A stretch of 64,000 nucleotides of DNA from Bdellovibrionales bacterium. Lineage in GTDB: Bacteria; Bdellovibrionota; Bdellovibrionia; Bdellovibrionales; JAUICD01. A program made the position numbers and the translations under genes. The stretch covers positions 96,001 to 160,000 of the forward strand of contig OZ241865.1 of assembly GCA_965203275.1 (NCBI GenBank). The letters are read 5' to 3'. Below the pieces are notes generated by a model. It saw nothing but the letters and a program-made list of their open reading frames with translations. It was not told the DNA's origin and ran no database searches. Every line of letters starts with the position of its first letter. The first letter of the stretch is position 1. This document shows, one piece after another, positions 23,010 to 32,224 of this stretch.

Positions 23010-24035
23010 ATGAAAAAACCAAGCAAGAATTTAAGTTTAACAAAAGATCGTAATTTCAAGGCCTTCTTTACAAGGAAGAAAAAGCTTTTGATTTCGATAA
23101 TGGAGAATTTTCTTCCATTGCCAGAGGGTTCTGTAATAGAAGACATTCATATATTAAATACAGAACTTCCATCGGATAAATTCCCGGAGGAGTATAAATT
23201 TTTTGTTTTAGATTTGCGAGTACAATTAAGAAGAAGGATTAATGGCATTCTTCAAAATACAGAGACAGCGAATGTAGAAGTTCAAACAACAGCTCAAAAG
23301 CATTTTACGGATAGGTTACTGATGTATCTATCTCGGCTCTATTCAGGTCAAATTAAGAAAGGGGAGAATGTTGATAAGTTACTTCCCGTGTATTCATTGG
23401 TTTTCACAACTGTAAATTTAAAAGAATTTGAAGGAATAAAGGACTACTATCATGTTTGCAATATTCGTCGGACAGAGCATCCAGAAGTAGTGATGTCTCG
23501 GGGTATGAGTTTTGTGATAGTAGAATTAGATAAATTTCAGTCCCAATTAGGAGAATTATTTGACATAAAAGAGAATTGGTGTTATTTTTTAAAGAGGTCA
23601 GGTCAGATGGACCAAAAGGAATATTTATATTTCAAAGATAAAGGAGGAATCATGGCAGAAGCAGCTGAGCATTTATGGATATTATCAAAAGATGAGACAT
23701 TACAAGAGCTTGATATGGTGAAAGAGAGAGCTAGGAGGGATCAAGTAGACAGAGAAGAATTTGTTCGTGACGAGGGTCGTGAGGAAGGTCTTGAGAAGGG
23801 TTTTAAGAAGGGTCTTGAGAAGGGTATTGAGAAGGGTATTGAGAAGGGTATTGAGAAGGGTCGTGAAGAAGGTATTGATAAGGGTATTAAGAAGGGTCTT
23901 GAGAAAAAACAAAAAGAAATTGCACTTAAACTAATTGAGAGAAATGCAAAATTACAAGATATCTGTGAAATCACTGGCCTATCAGAAGCAGAAATCAAAA
24001 AAATTCGCCAATCGTTTTCACTCAAAGTGAAGTGA
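23010..24035 (+). CDS. Rpn/YhgA-like PD-(D/E)XK nuclease
   Basis: DRNFKAFF, LDLRV, VEVQ, EKGI repeats, TGLS HTH; last codons are supplied by the element end. Confidence 0.9.
   Translation: MKKPSKNLSLTKDRNFKAFFTRKKKLLISIMENFLPLPEGSVIEDIHILNTELPSDKFPEEYKFFVLDLRVQLRRRINGILQNTETANVEVQTTAQKHFTDRLLMYLSRLYSGQIKKGENVDKLLPVYSLVFTTVNLKEFEGIKDYYHVCNIRRTEHPEVVMSRGMSFVIVELDKFQSQLGELFDIKENWCYFLKRSGQMDQKEYLYFKDKGGIMAEAAEHLWILSKDETLQELDMVKERARRDQVDREEFVRDEGREEGLEKGFKKGLEKGIEKGIEKGIEKGREEGIDKGIKKGLEKKQKEIALKLIERNAKLQDICEITGLSEAEIKKIRQSFSLKVK
23652..24035 (+). CDS. Putative intragenic RpnS (127 aa)
   Basis: AAGGAGG-AATC-ATG at 23641-23654, in frame. Confidence 0.65.
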   Translation: MAEAAEHLWILSKDETLQELDMVKERARRDQVDREEFVRDEGREEGLEKGFKKGLEKGIEKGIEKGIEKGREEGIDKGIKKGLEKKQKEIALKLIERNAKLQDICEITGLSEAEIKKIRQSFSLKVK

Positions 24036-24062
24036 CCAGAGGTCAGTTCACTTTGAGTGAAA
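24016..24062. repeat. Two element ends fused into a 16-bp perfect hairpin between convergent genes
   Basis: TTTCACTCAAAGTGAA-15 nt-TTCACTTTGAGTGAAA. Confidence 0.8.
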
Positions 24063-24143
24063 CAACATAGATTTTCTAAAATTCTGCCACAAAAACAAAA
24101 ACCTAGTGGCACAAAATCTCTTTCGACTCATAACCTACTGATT

Positions 24144-24581
24144 TTACTCAACTTTATTTTTGCAGGCTATCAAACTCAGGATTTGATCTAAAGCCCCGGT
24201 AGCAAAGTCAAAACCCATTCGTCTAGTATTAACTTTATTTACGTCGGTAGCTAAAGGGCCGTTATATACACCAGAGGCAGGCCTTGTCGTTACGTTGACG
24301 TTGATTCCTACGGCCCCTCTATCTGCTATATTCCAGCCGGCCGTATAATAGGAAAGTCCCGCTTGGTCATATCCCATTTGTTCAAGATTTGCTGTTGCAT
24401 AATCCCATTCTGTTATAAACGTCATTTGGGCCGCATAAATACTAGTTAGTGTTGTCTTTGCATTTGTTTGAATAGCCCTTCGTTTAAATTGACCATACTG
24501 TGGTACAGCAATCACAGCTAAAATACCAATAATAGCCACAGTGACCATTATCTCAATTAAAGAAAACCCTGATTGTTTCAT
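24144..24581 (-). CDS. Type IV pilin (PilA-like); C-terminus replaced by a repeat, possibly truncated
   Basis: MKQSG/FSLIEIMVTVAIIGILAVIAVPQY class III signal; the last ~12 codons lie in a 79-bp repeat also found at 58156-58234. Confidence 0.85.
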   Translation of the reverse strand: MKQSGFSLIEIMVTVAIIGILAVIAVPQYGQFKRRAIQTNAKTTLTSIYAAQMTFITEWDYATANLEQMGYDQAGLSYYTAGWNIADRGAVGINVNVTTRPASGVYNGPLATDVNKVNTRRMGFDFATGALDQILSLIACKNKVE

Positions 24582-24621
24582 ATTCTGTTTCCTTATCTTG
24601 CACCGGTCGCTTGCAATACCT

Positions 24622-25701
24622 TTACCATCCCCGGTTCACACAGTTAGGTTTATGGCCACAGAGTTGCGGATTTGCCCCGGCCGCTCGCAATACCTTTACT
24701 ACTTCTCTATGGTTGCTTACATAAGCCTTTTCTAAAGCTGTCCTGCCCCAATGTCGAGGACTAGGATGTTGATAATTGACGTTAGCCCCGGCCGCTAGCA
24801 ATAACTTTACAATCTCTACATTGCCCTTACGCAAATCAGTAACATAAAGTAAAGGTGTCATGTAATTAAAGTTTATAATATTAGCGTTGGCTCCGACTGT
24901 TAGCAATAATCTTACAGTCTCTGTATGGCCCCTCCTACTAGCATGCATTAAAGCCGTATTGTCCCTAATGTTTTGATGATTGACGTCAGCCCCGGCTGCT
25001 AGCAATATCTTTACAGATTCATGCATGTCTAAAAAAATCTTTACATAATCATGTCTAAGTCTAAAGACCGCACTGGCATGTAGTAAAAGCGTATTGTGGT
25101 CTTTGTCCATCAGCATATTAACGTCCATACAAGTACTTTTTAAAAATAGCTTTAAAATTTCTGTATTTTTGACAAGGGCCACTATGCTCGAATAATCATC
25201 CCTGTTCATAACCTTGTTAATAGTCGAAAAACTACGAGGGTCTGCTCCGGCCGCTAGCAAATTCTTTACACCCTCTATATCACCATTAATAACAGCCGTC
25301 TTTAATCTCGTAGCACCATAATTAGGCCTGCAAGTGTATGTTGTTGGTCTTAAAACTTGCTGTTGAGCTGGAGTTGGTCCTGGAATCAGAATCAGAGTTG
25401 CATTTGGTTCTGGAATCCGAGCTGGTCGTGGAGTCGGAGTTGGTACTGGAGTCGGAGTTGCTGTTGGTCCTGGAGTCGGAGTTGGAGATGGTCCTGGAGT
25501 TGCTGTTGGTCCTGGAGTCGGAGTTGGAGATGGTCCTGGAACCGGAATCGAAGCTGGCTTTTGTTCTATTTGAGATCTGGACGTCTTACTGTCAAAACGG
25601 CCTTTTGAACAGTTGTTAAAACTGAATACCAAACAAGACACAATAAGCAATGCTAACGATAAATAAGCAAGCTTTTTTTTAGATTTTAGATTTTTAAACA
25701 T
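24622..25701 (-). CDS. FNNC lipoprotein with Pro/Thr linker and ankyrin repeats
   Basis: FSFNNCS lipobox, (PGPSPTPTPGPTAT)x2, LLAAGADVN and TALMHA ankyrin motifs. Confidence 0.85.
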   Translation of the reverse strand: MFKNLKSKKKLAYLSLALLIVSCLVFSFNNCSKGRFDSKTSRSQIEQKPASIPVPGPSPTPTPGPTATPGPSPTPTPGPTATPTPVPTPTPRPARIPEPNATLILIPGPTPAQQQVLRPTTYTCRPNYGATRLKTAVINGDIEGVKNLLAAGADPRSFSTINKVMNRDDYSSIVALVKNTEILKLFLKSTCMDVNMLMDKDHNTLLLHASAVFRLRHDYVKIFLDMHESVKILLAAGADVNHQNIRDNTALMHASRRGHTETVRLLLTVGANANIINFNYMTPLLYVTDLRKGNVEIVKLLLAAGANVNYQHPSPRHWGRTALEKAYVSNHREVVKVLRAAGANPQLCGHKPNCVNRGW

Positions 25702-25763
25702 ATTGTACCTACCTTGATAAATATTGAAAAAAGGGCCATTTTTTAGTGATTCTAAATGACCTT

Positions 25764-26177
25764 AGTGATTTCAAGGACTTAGCACTGTAACTTTTGTATA
25801 AAAGTTACAATTTGAAAGAGCAAAAAACAGGCAAATTTTTGCAAGAAAATTGTTTTGAAAAATCAAACAAATCAAAAGTTATAAAACACAAATGAAAAAT
25901 CATTGTTTATTTTACTGATCTTATGTCTTTAAGATTGGTAAAGTGTTTCAAGATGATACAAAAATTAAAAAAAGTGATTCTTTTTGATACAAAATGTCAC
26001 TTTTTTTGATTTTTTTAACAAAAATATAAAGTTTTATATCATAATAACCGATAAGAATTATGTTAGACGAAAAATTTAGATATTTCTAAAGTTGACCTGC
26101 AAAAAGTCTAACAATTACAAACACTTAATACTGTAACTTTTATACAAAAGTCACAATACTAACTTATTGAAATCACT
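25764..26177. promoter_or_regulatory. 46-bp imperfect inverted repeats (24-bp palindrome plus IHF-like site) flanking a sigma28-like promoter
   Basis: TGTAACTTTT-GTAT-AAAAGTTACA 25786-25809 and its inverse at 26132-26155; TAAAGTTT-N12-ACCGATAA 26027-26054. Confidence 0.5.
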
Positions 26178-26237
26178 GGATTTCTAATTTTCAAATACTT
26201 TTTTCACTATCTTTTAGAAAAAATACAGAGATTACGA

Positions 26238-26810
26238 ACATCTTGTTTCCCTAACATGGTTTTCATCTGGGATCCGGGATCTGGCAATCAGGCAAACCGG
26301 CATCAGAAGGAAAAGGTGTAAGAAAGAGCTTTTTCCCTAACATCGTGTTAAATGAGAAATGGATCCTCATTACTAAAAGTGGTCAGGCTTTCTAGGTGAT
26401 GACCATTTTATCGACGGCGTGAGCCGTCGTGGTCATCGCCAGAAAGTAGCCAGAGGCTAGACCACTTTTAGTGAAACAAACCCTTAACATTGTGTTAAGA
26501 AATGAGGACATCCTCCTTCCTAAAATTGAACAAGCTTTTGAGACAGTTAGCCTTTGATCGACGGCGAGAGCCGTCGGGCTAACTGTCCAAAAGTAGCCAG
26601 AGGCTAGACCACTTTTAGTGAAACAAACCCTTAACATCGTGTTAAGAAATGAGGACATCCTCCTTCCTAAAATTGAACAAGCTTTTGAGACAGTTAGCCT
26701 TTGATCGACGGCGAGAGCCGTCGGGCTAACTGTCCAAAAGTAGCCAGAGGCTAGTTCAATTTTAGGGAAACAGAGGTCAGTTCACTTTGAGTGAAAATGA
26801 CGGCTTGACT
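26238..26810 (+). repeat. Structured element cluster with a 147-bp tandem duplication
   Basis: Units start at 26481 and 26628; GGGATC leader 26264-26306; stacked 3' end at 26771-26797. Confidence 0.9.
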
Positions 26811-26859
26811 TTTGAGATATATGCGGTTATAAAATCAAAAATTCAAATGGAAGGTACAA

Positions 26860-28659
26860 ATGAAGAAATATATTTTTATCCTATTTATTATTTTGTTTAC
26901 CGCTAGTGATTCTCTATGGGCTTGTGCTGAAAGTCTTATGCCACAAAACCAAATGGATGACAAAATACATATACAAAGAGATATACTCAGAGAATTTGGT
27001 CCTCGCTCTCAAGATATATTATCTAAAGCTTCATTAATAGCTTATGCTTCTGGGTCTCAAACAGTGAATGTGAACCACATTATTTTAGCTACTATGACGC
27101 GTGTTGAATCTTTAAATGGAAGAACCAATCGTTTAAATGAGATATATCTCATAGACTACACCCATCATTTTTATAATTTTGCTCTTATTTTAAAAGAATT
27201 AAATATTTTAAAAAGAGTGCAAGAGCTTCTTTTAAGTCAATTAGATGTTCAGACTCGTAACTCCATATCAACTGAAAAGCACAATAATGATTTACTTGTT
27301 CTTCATTTCGGAGATCTCTTTTTTATACCTACACTTCCTTATGATGAGAGTGCCAAAGCCTTATTGGAAAGAACTATTGTTGAGAAAAAAGATGGGATTT
27401 TATATAGGTGGAATCTAGGTAATAAAATTTTTTTCGTTCCTACATTTGACGAGAATTTATTCCTAGTAGCTTCGAAGATGAATACAGTTATTAGAGAAGT
27501 TTTAAATGAGAATGAAGTATTCAAACTTAGTAAAGTTTTATTGAAGGATATTGAGGAAGGCCAGATTGAGATTGTAAAAGAGATGCTAAAGCAGGGTATA
27601 CCTCCTGATATTCAAGATGAAAATGGCAAAGCACCTCTAATGCAAGCAGTTTCTTCTGGTCAGATTGAGATTGCAAAGTTTTTACTAGCGAACGGAGCGG
27701 ATGTCAATCTTCAAGCCAAAGATGGCACTACAGCCTTAATGCAGGCTGTTTCTCAGCACCATACAGAGCTTGTAAAATTATTGCTAGGAGCTGGAGCGGA
27801 CGTCAATCTTCAAGACAATCGTGGCAGAACGGCCTTAATGTTGGCTAATGCTGAAAATACAAAGCTATTGCTAGAAGCTGGGGCCAAAGTCAATCTTCAA
27901 GCCAAAGATGGCACTACAGCCTTAATGATGGCTGCTTTCGATGCTAAGCTTTTAATGCTGTTGCTAAAAAACGGAGCAGATCCAGATATTCAAGACGATC
28001 TTGGTAGAACGGTCTTAATGATTATTAGTCGGCGAGAAGGGCATGAGGGTAATTTAATGCTGTTGCTAACAAAAGAAGGAGCAGATGTCAATATTCAAGA
28101 CAAAGAGGGTATTACGGCTTTACATTTTGCCACTTTGAACAATTTTACTACCTATGTAAATATATTGCTAGCGATCGATGCAGATCCAAATCTTCAAGCC
28201 AAAGATGGCACTACGGCTTTACATTTGGCTTGTAGGTATAGTCGTCCTAAAATTGTAAAGCAATTACTAGATAACGGTGCAGATCCAGACATTCAAGATG
28301 TGGGTGGCAATACGCCCTTAATCTGGGCTAGCCTTTACGGACATCTTAATAGTGTAAAAGCCTTGCTGGAAGCTGGTGCCAACATTCATATCCAAAATCA
28401 TGGTCTCCACCTCACAGCTTTAAGTATTGCTAGGGAAAATGGACATACTAAGATTGTAAATCTCTTAAGGAAGACGGAAATTATACAAAGGATGATTGAT
28501 GAAGGGTATACCGAGAGTGCAAATCTCTTAAAGGATGCCAATTTTACAAGGGATATCGGCGGTGAGATTCCTGAGTTTACAGCACCTGAGATTATAAAGC
28601 TCTTAAGGGATGCCGGTTTTACAGAACAAGCCCAACACGAACATTGGCAAAATCATTAA
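26860..28659 (+). CDS. Secreted multi-ankyrin-repeat protein
   Basis: Signal peptide, about 9 ankyrin repeats (GADVNLQAKDGTTALM); stop TAA lies within the element TAACA hairpin. Confidence 0.9.
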   Translation: MKKYIFILFIILFTASDSLWACAESLMPQNQMDDKIHIQRDILREFGPRSQDILSKASLIAYASGSQTVNVNHIILATMTRVESLNGRTNRLNEIYLIDYTHHFYNFALILKELNILKRVQELLLSQLDVQTRNSISTEKHNNDLLVLHFGDLFFIPTLPYDESAKALLERTIVEKKDGILYRWNLGNKIFFVPTFDENLFLVASKMNTVIREVLNENEVFKLSKVLLKDIEEGQIEIVKEMLKQGIPPDIQDENGKAPLMQAVSSGQIEIAKFLLANGADVNLQAKDGTTALMQAVSQHHTELVKLLLGAGADVNLQDNRGRTALMLANAENTKLLLEAGAKVNLQAKDGTTALMMAAFDAKLLMLLLKNGADPDIQDDLGRTVLMIISRREGHEGNLMLLLTKEGADVNIQDKEGITALHFATLNNFTTYVNILLAIDADPNLQAKDGTTALHLACRYSRPKIVKQLLDNGADPDIQDVGGNTPLIWASLYGHLNSVKALLEAGANIHIQNHGLHLTALSIARENGHTKIVNLLRKTEIIQRMIDEGYTESANLLKDANFTRDIGGEIPEFTAPEIIKLLRDAGFTEQAQHEHWQNH

Positions 28660-29744
28660 CATGATGTTGATCCAGGATCTGGGATCCGGGATCTGGCAAG
28701 CGGGCAACAGATGTAAGAAGGAACCTCCCTAACCCCACCCACCGCCCTTCGATTCTGCTTTCCCATTTTGTTTTTATTTGAGGATGGGGCAGTGTGAGCC
28801 TTCCGAAGTCCTCAATTTTTTTCACTCAAAATGAACTGGCCTCTGGCCACTTTTGGGTAGCCAGCCCGACGGCTCTCGCCGTCGTAAAAGGCTGGCTACC
28901 TCAAAAGCTTGTTCATTTTGAGTAGAGGAGGATCCTTTTATTCCTCTACACCATGTTAGGGAAACAAGATATGCCTCTAAAATGTTTTTGGAGAGCAAGC
29001 TCAATTTGCGGAAGATCTCCAGTCTCCCACTGCCCCATCCTCCTCCCTAATTACTTCTTTTTTGAAAATTACGCAGAATCTAAAAAAAATAAAAAAACAA
29101 AAATACGAATATCTTGTTTCCTTAACATGGTGTTAAAAAATGAGGGGATCCTCCTTCCTAAAATTGAACAAGCTTTTGAGGGCATCAGGCAGAAAAGGCA
29201 TTTTGTTTCCTTAACATGGTGTTAAGAGACAAGAAGATCCTCCCTACTAAAAGTGGTCAGGCTTTCTAGGTGATGACCATTTTATCGATGTGAAGTAAAC
29301 ATCTTGTTTCCTTAACATGGTGTTAAGAGACAAAGAGATCCTTCCTACTAAAAGTAAACGGACTTTTGAGATAGCCAGCCTTTGATCGACGGCGGTAGCC
29401 GTCGGGCTGGCTATCCAAAAGTGACCAGAGGTCAGTTTACTTTTAGTGAAACAAATTCTTGATTTGGTGGATGTACGAAGTTAAAAATAAAAGATTCAAA
29501 GAAGGGAAATTGATAGAAGGAACTTTTTCCTTAACATCCTGTCAAAAAACGAAGGGATCCTCCCCTACTAAAAGTAAACGAACTTTTGAGACAATGACCA
29601 TTTTGTCAAAGGCGAAAGCCTTTGCGGTCATTGTCCAAAAGTGACCAGAGGTCAGTTTACTTTTAGTGAGCCAATGCACGTATCTCTGAAAGAGGTGCGT
29701 ACGGGTAGACGAAAACACATGAAGTTAGACAATAAAAGGTCCAA
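28657..29744. repeat. Structured element cluster with G4-motif composite and portable RBS module
   Basis: Minus core 28820-28965; plus cores 29305-29452 and 29520-29670; accessory IR 28750-28810/29020-29085. Confidence 0.9.
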
Positions 29745-30626
29745 ATGATGAAAAAAACAAATGATCAACAAACATCAAATGATCAACAAACATCAAAAGA
29801 TCAGGAATTTCTGATTCCGTCTCCGACTCCCCTGTCTAATAGAAACTTACTTTATAAGCCCTTTGTAACTTTTCTCTATAAAGAGATTAAACGTTTTTGG
29901 CGTGTAAAGGGGCAGACAGTGATAAACCCTTTAGTTCAAAGTTCTCTTTATCTTTTAATTTTTGGTGTGAGTTTAGGTAAAAGCATCACTTTACAAAACG
30001 GCCTAAGTTATATGGAATTTTTAATTCCTGGTCTGGTGATGATGGCAGCTTTAAATAATGCCTTTCTCAATTGTTCTGGTTCAATTGTGACTTCTAAGTT
30101 TCATGGAGATATTCAGGACCTTAAAATTATCCCCTTATCTGATTATTTTATTTTGTTAGCTTTTGCTTTAGGTGGGCTTATTCGAGGTATGGTTGTAGGG
30201 CTATTTACTCTGTTGGCTTGTCAAATATGCTTCTTTTTTATCAATGGTCATTTGCTCTCTATTGCATATCCTTTTTTATTTTTTGCTTTCTTATGTATAG
30301 GTGGTTTATCTTTTGGTTTCCTGGGGGCTTTTACAGCTTTTTGGGCAAAAACCTTTGATCATGTCAATGCCATTAGTGGCTTTGTGGTTTTGCCTCTACT
30401 CTATTTAGGGGGTGTTTTTTACTCTATAGAAACATTACCTGAAACTTTGCAAATCATCTCAAAGATGAACCCTATGCTTTACTTTATTAGTGGTGTACGT
30501 TATGGATTTTCACAACAGAGCGATATAGAATGGATCTATTGTTTAGGGGTTGCTGTGGTGTCTATGTTTGTGTGCATGTATTTGAGTGTCAATCGTTTCC
30601 GTAGCTCCACTTTCCATCGTTGGTGA
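29745..30626 (+). CDS. ABC-2 transporter permease (YadH-like)
   Basis: KEIKRFWR..QT, YMEFLIPGLVMM, P..YLGGVFYSI..LP, NPMLYFISGVRYG. Confidence 0.88.
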   Translation: MMKKTNDQQTSNDQQTSKDQEFLIPSPTPLSNRNLLYKPFVTFLYKEIKRFWRVKGQTVINPLVQSSLYLLIFGVSLGKSITLQNGLSYMEFLIPGLVMMAALNNAFLNCSGSIVTSKFHGDIQDLKIIPLSDYFILLAFALGGLIRGMVVGLFTLLACQICFFFINGHLLSIAYPFLFFAFLCIGGLSFGFLGAFTAFWAKTFDHVNAISGFVVLPLLYLGGVFYSIETLPETLQIISKMNPMLYFISGVRYGFSQQSDIEWIYCLGVAVVSMFVCMYLSVNRFRSSTFHRW

Positions 30627-30865
30627 TCCATCTCTTAAATTCACTCTAGTCAAAAAATAAGAAAATCTCTTTTGAGGAAAAGAAAATATTTTCCATTTAT
30701 TGTCTTTATCTTAAGTCCTCAAATCTTCAAATCCTTAAATCTTCATCTAAAATAAAATATTGTGCTGCGTCATAAAATATTTATGATATAATAAAAACAA
30801 AGCTCAAATAAGCTATAATAATGATAATACTTTCTTCTCAAATTTATCATATCAATAGGTGATCT

Positions 30866-32224
30866 ATGTTAAAAGGCATTTTATTATATATATTTTTTCT
30901 GTGGATCAGCATTTCACATCAAAGTGCTTATGCTAAGCCACAAATTCACTTTGATGTAGAAAGATTAACTTTGAAGAATGGTTTGACAGTTCTCATGCAT
31001 ACAGATCATTCTGTTCCTTTGATCAGTTATCATACATGGTTTCGTGTGGGGTCTGTAGATGAGGAACCAGGCTTTACAGGCATAGCTCATCTCTTTGAAC
31101 ACATGATGTTTAAAGGAGCTAAAAGATATGGCAATAAAGAGTTTGATCAAGTACTCCGTTCTCAAGGAGCTATCAATAATGCTTTTACAAGCAAAGATTT
31201 TACAGGCTATTACATAAACCTACCTAGCTCTGGTTTAGAGTTAGCGATGGATGTAGAATCCGATCGCATGCAATCTGTACAAATCACATCAGCTAATCTT
31301 TTAAGTGAAAAAGAAGTCACAAAAGAAGAGCGACGTTTCCGTGTTGAAAATAGTGTAGCAGGCACTTTATATGAACAGCTTTTTTTAACAGCCTTCCAAC
31401 GTCATCCTTATCGCACTCCTGTTGTAGGTTTCATGGATGATCTCAATAATGTCACTGTTGAAAAATGCAAAGAGTTTTTTAGACAATTTTATGCTCCCAA
31501 CAATGCTGTGATTATCATTGTGGGAGATTTTCAAAAAGATAAAGCTAAAAAATTAATTCAAAAATATTATGGCTCCATTCCTCGTCAGACCATTCATCGT
31601 AGAGCTTACCTAAAAGAACAACCTCAAAAAGCAAAACGTTCTAAAGTTATCTTTAAAGATGTACAGAATGATTCACTTTCAATAGGCTTCCATATTTCAA
31701 AGGCAGGAGATCCTGATTCTTATGCTCTTGATCTACTAGCTGATGCTTTAGCTGGTAAAAAATCAAGTCGATTATACAGAAAATTAATCTATCAATCACA
31801 GCTTGCAAGCAGTGTTGCTGTATATTCCTATACTCCTAAAGACCCTGGTATTTTGCAGATTTCTGTTGCATTAAAACCTAAAGTCAATAGTCAACATGTG
31901 TTACGTATTATTACTGAGGAGTTGAAAAAAATACAAAAAACACCTCTGACTTCAGATGAGTTAGAACAAGCTAAAACCTCTGTTTTATTAGCACATGTAA
32001 ATAGTATGAAGTCTTTCCATGGAAAGGCTCAGGCCCTTGCTCTTAACGAGATCGTTATGGGAGATTATCGATTCTTTTTTGAAGACATACAAAGATACTT
32101 AAATGTTTCATCTCAGCAAATTCAAAAAGTAGCTCAAAAGTACCTTAACCCCTGGCAACAAACTTTAATTCATATTCAACCTCAACAAAACAACGCTCAA
32201 AAAACAACAAGGAAAAGCCAATGA
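30866..32224 (+). CDS. M16 zinc peptidase, catalytic subunit
   Basis: GIAHLFEHMMFKG (HxxEH), NAFT, EERRFR, FY.PNNA. Confidence 0.93.
   Translation: MLKGILLYIFFLWISISHQSAYAKPQIHFDVERLTLKNGLTVLMHTDHSVPLISYHTWFRVGSVDEEPGFTGIAHLFEHMMFKGAKRYGNKEFDQVLRSQGAINNAFTSKDFTGYYINLPSSGLELAMDVESDRMQSVQITSANLLSEKEVTKEERRFRVENSVAGTLYEQLFLTAFQRHPYRTPVVGFMDDLNNVTVEKCKEFFRQFYAPNNAVIIIVGDFQKDKAKKLIQKYYGSIPRQTIHRRAYLKEQPQKAKRSKVIFKDVQNDSLSIGFHISKAGDPDSYALDLLADALAGKKSSRLYRKLIYQSQLASSVAVYSYTPKDPGILQISVALKPKVNSQHVLRIITEELKKIQKTPLTSDELEQAKTSVLLAHVNSMKSFHGKAQALALNEIVMGDYRFFFEDIQRYLNVSSQQIQKVAQKYLNPWQQTLIHIQPQQNNAQKTTRKSQ

Noticed and set aside
23010..24035. rpn as a bona fide IS transposase
   Set aside because: No gene-specific terminal repeats or target duplications, and the family is not shown to transpose
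26392..26658. ORFs inside clusters (also 13615, 22780, 28822, 28953, 29459, 43697, 44251, 45625, 62353)
   Set aside because: They are translations of palindromic repeats; covariation preserves pairing rather than codons
10583..28659. Diversity-generating retroelement among the repeated gene segments
   Set aside because: No reverse transcriptase, and the differences are not adenine-specific
29676..29710. Group II intron domain V look-alike
   Set aside because: No AGC/CGC triad in the right register, no domain VI, and no RT gene
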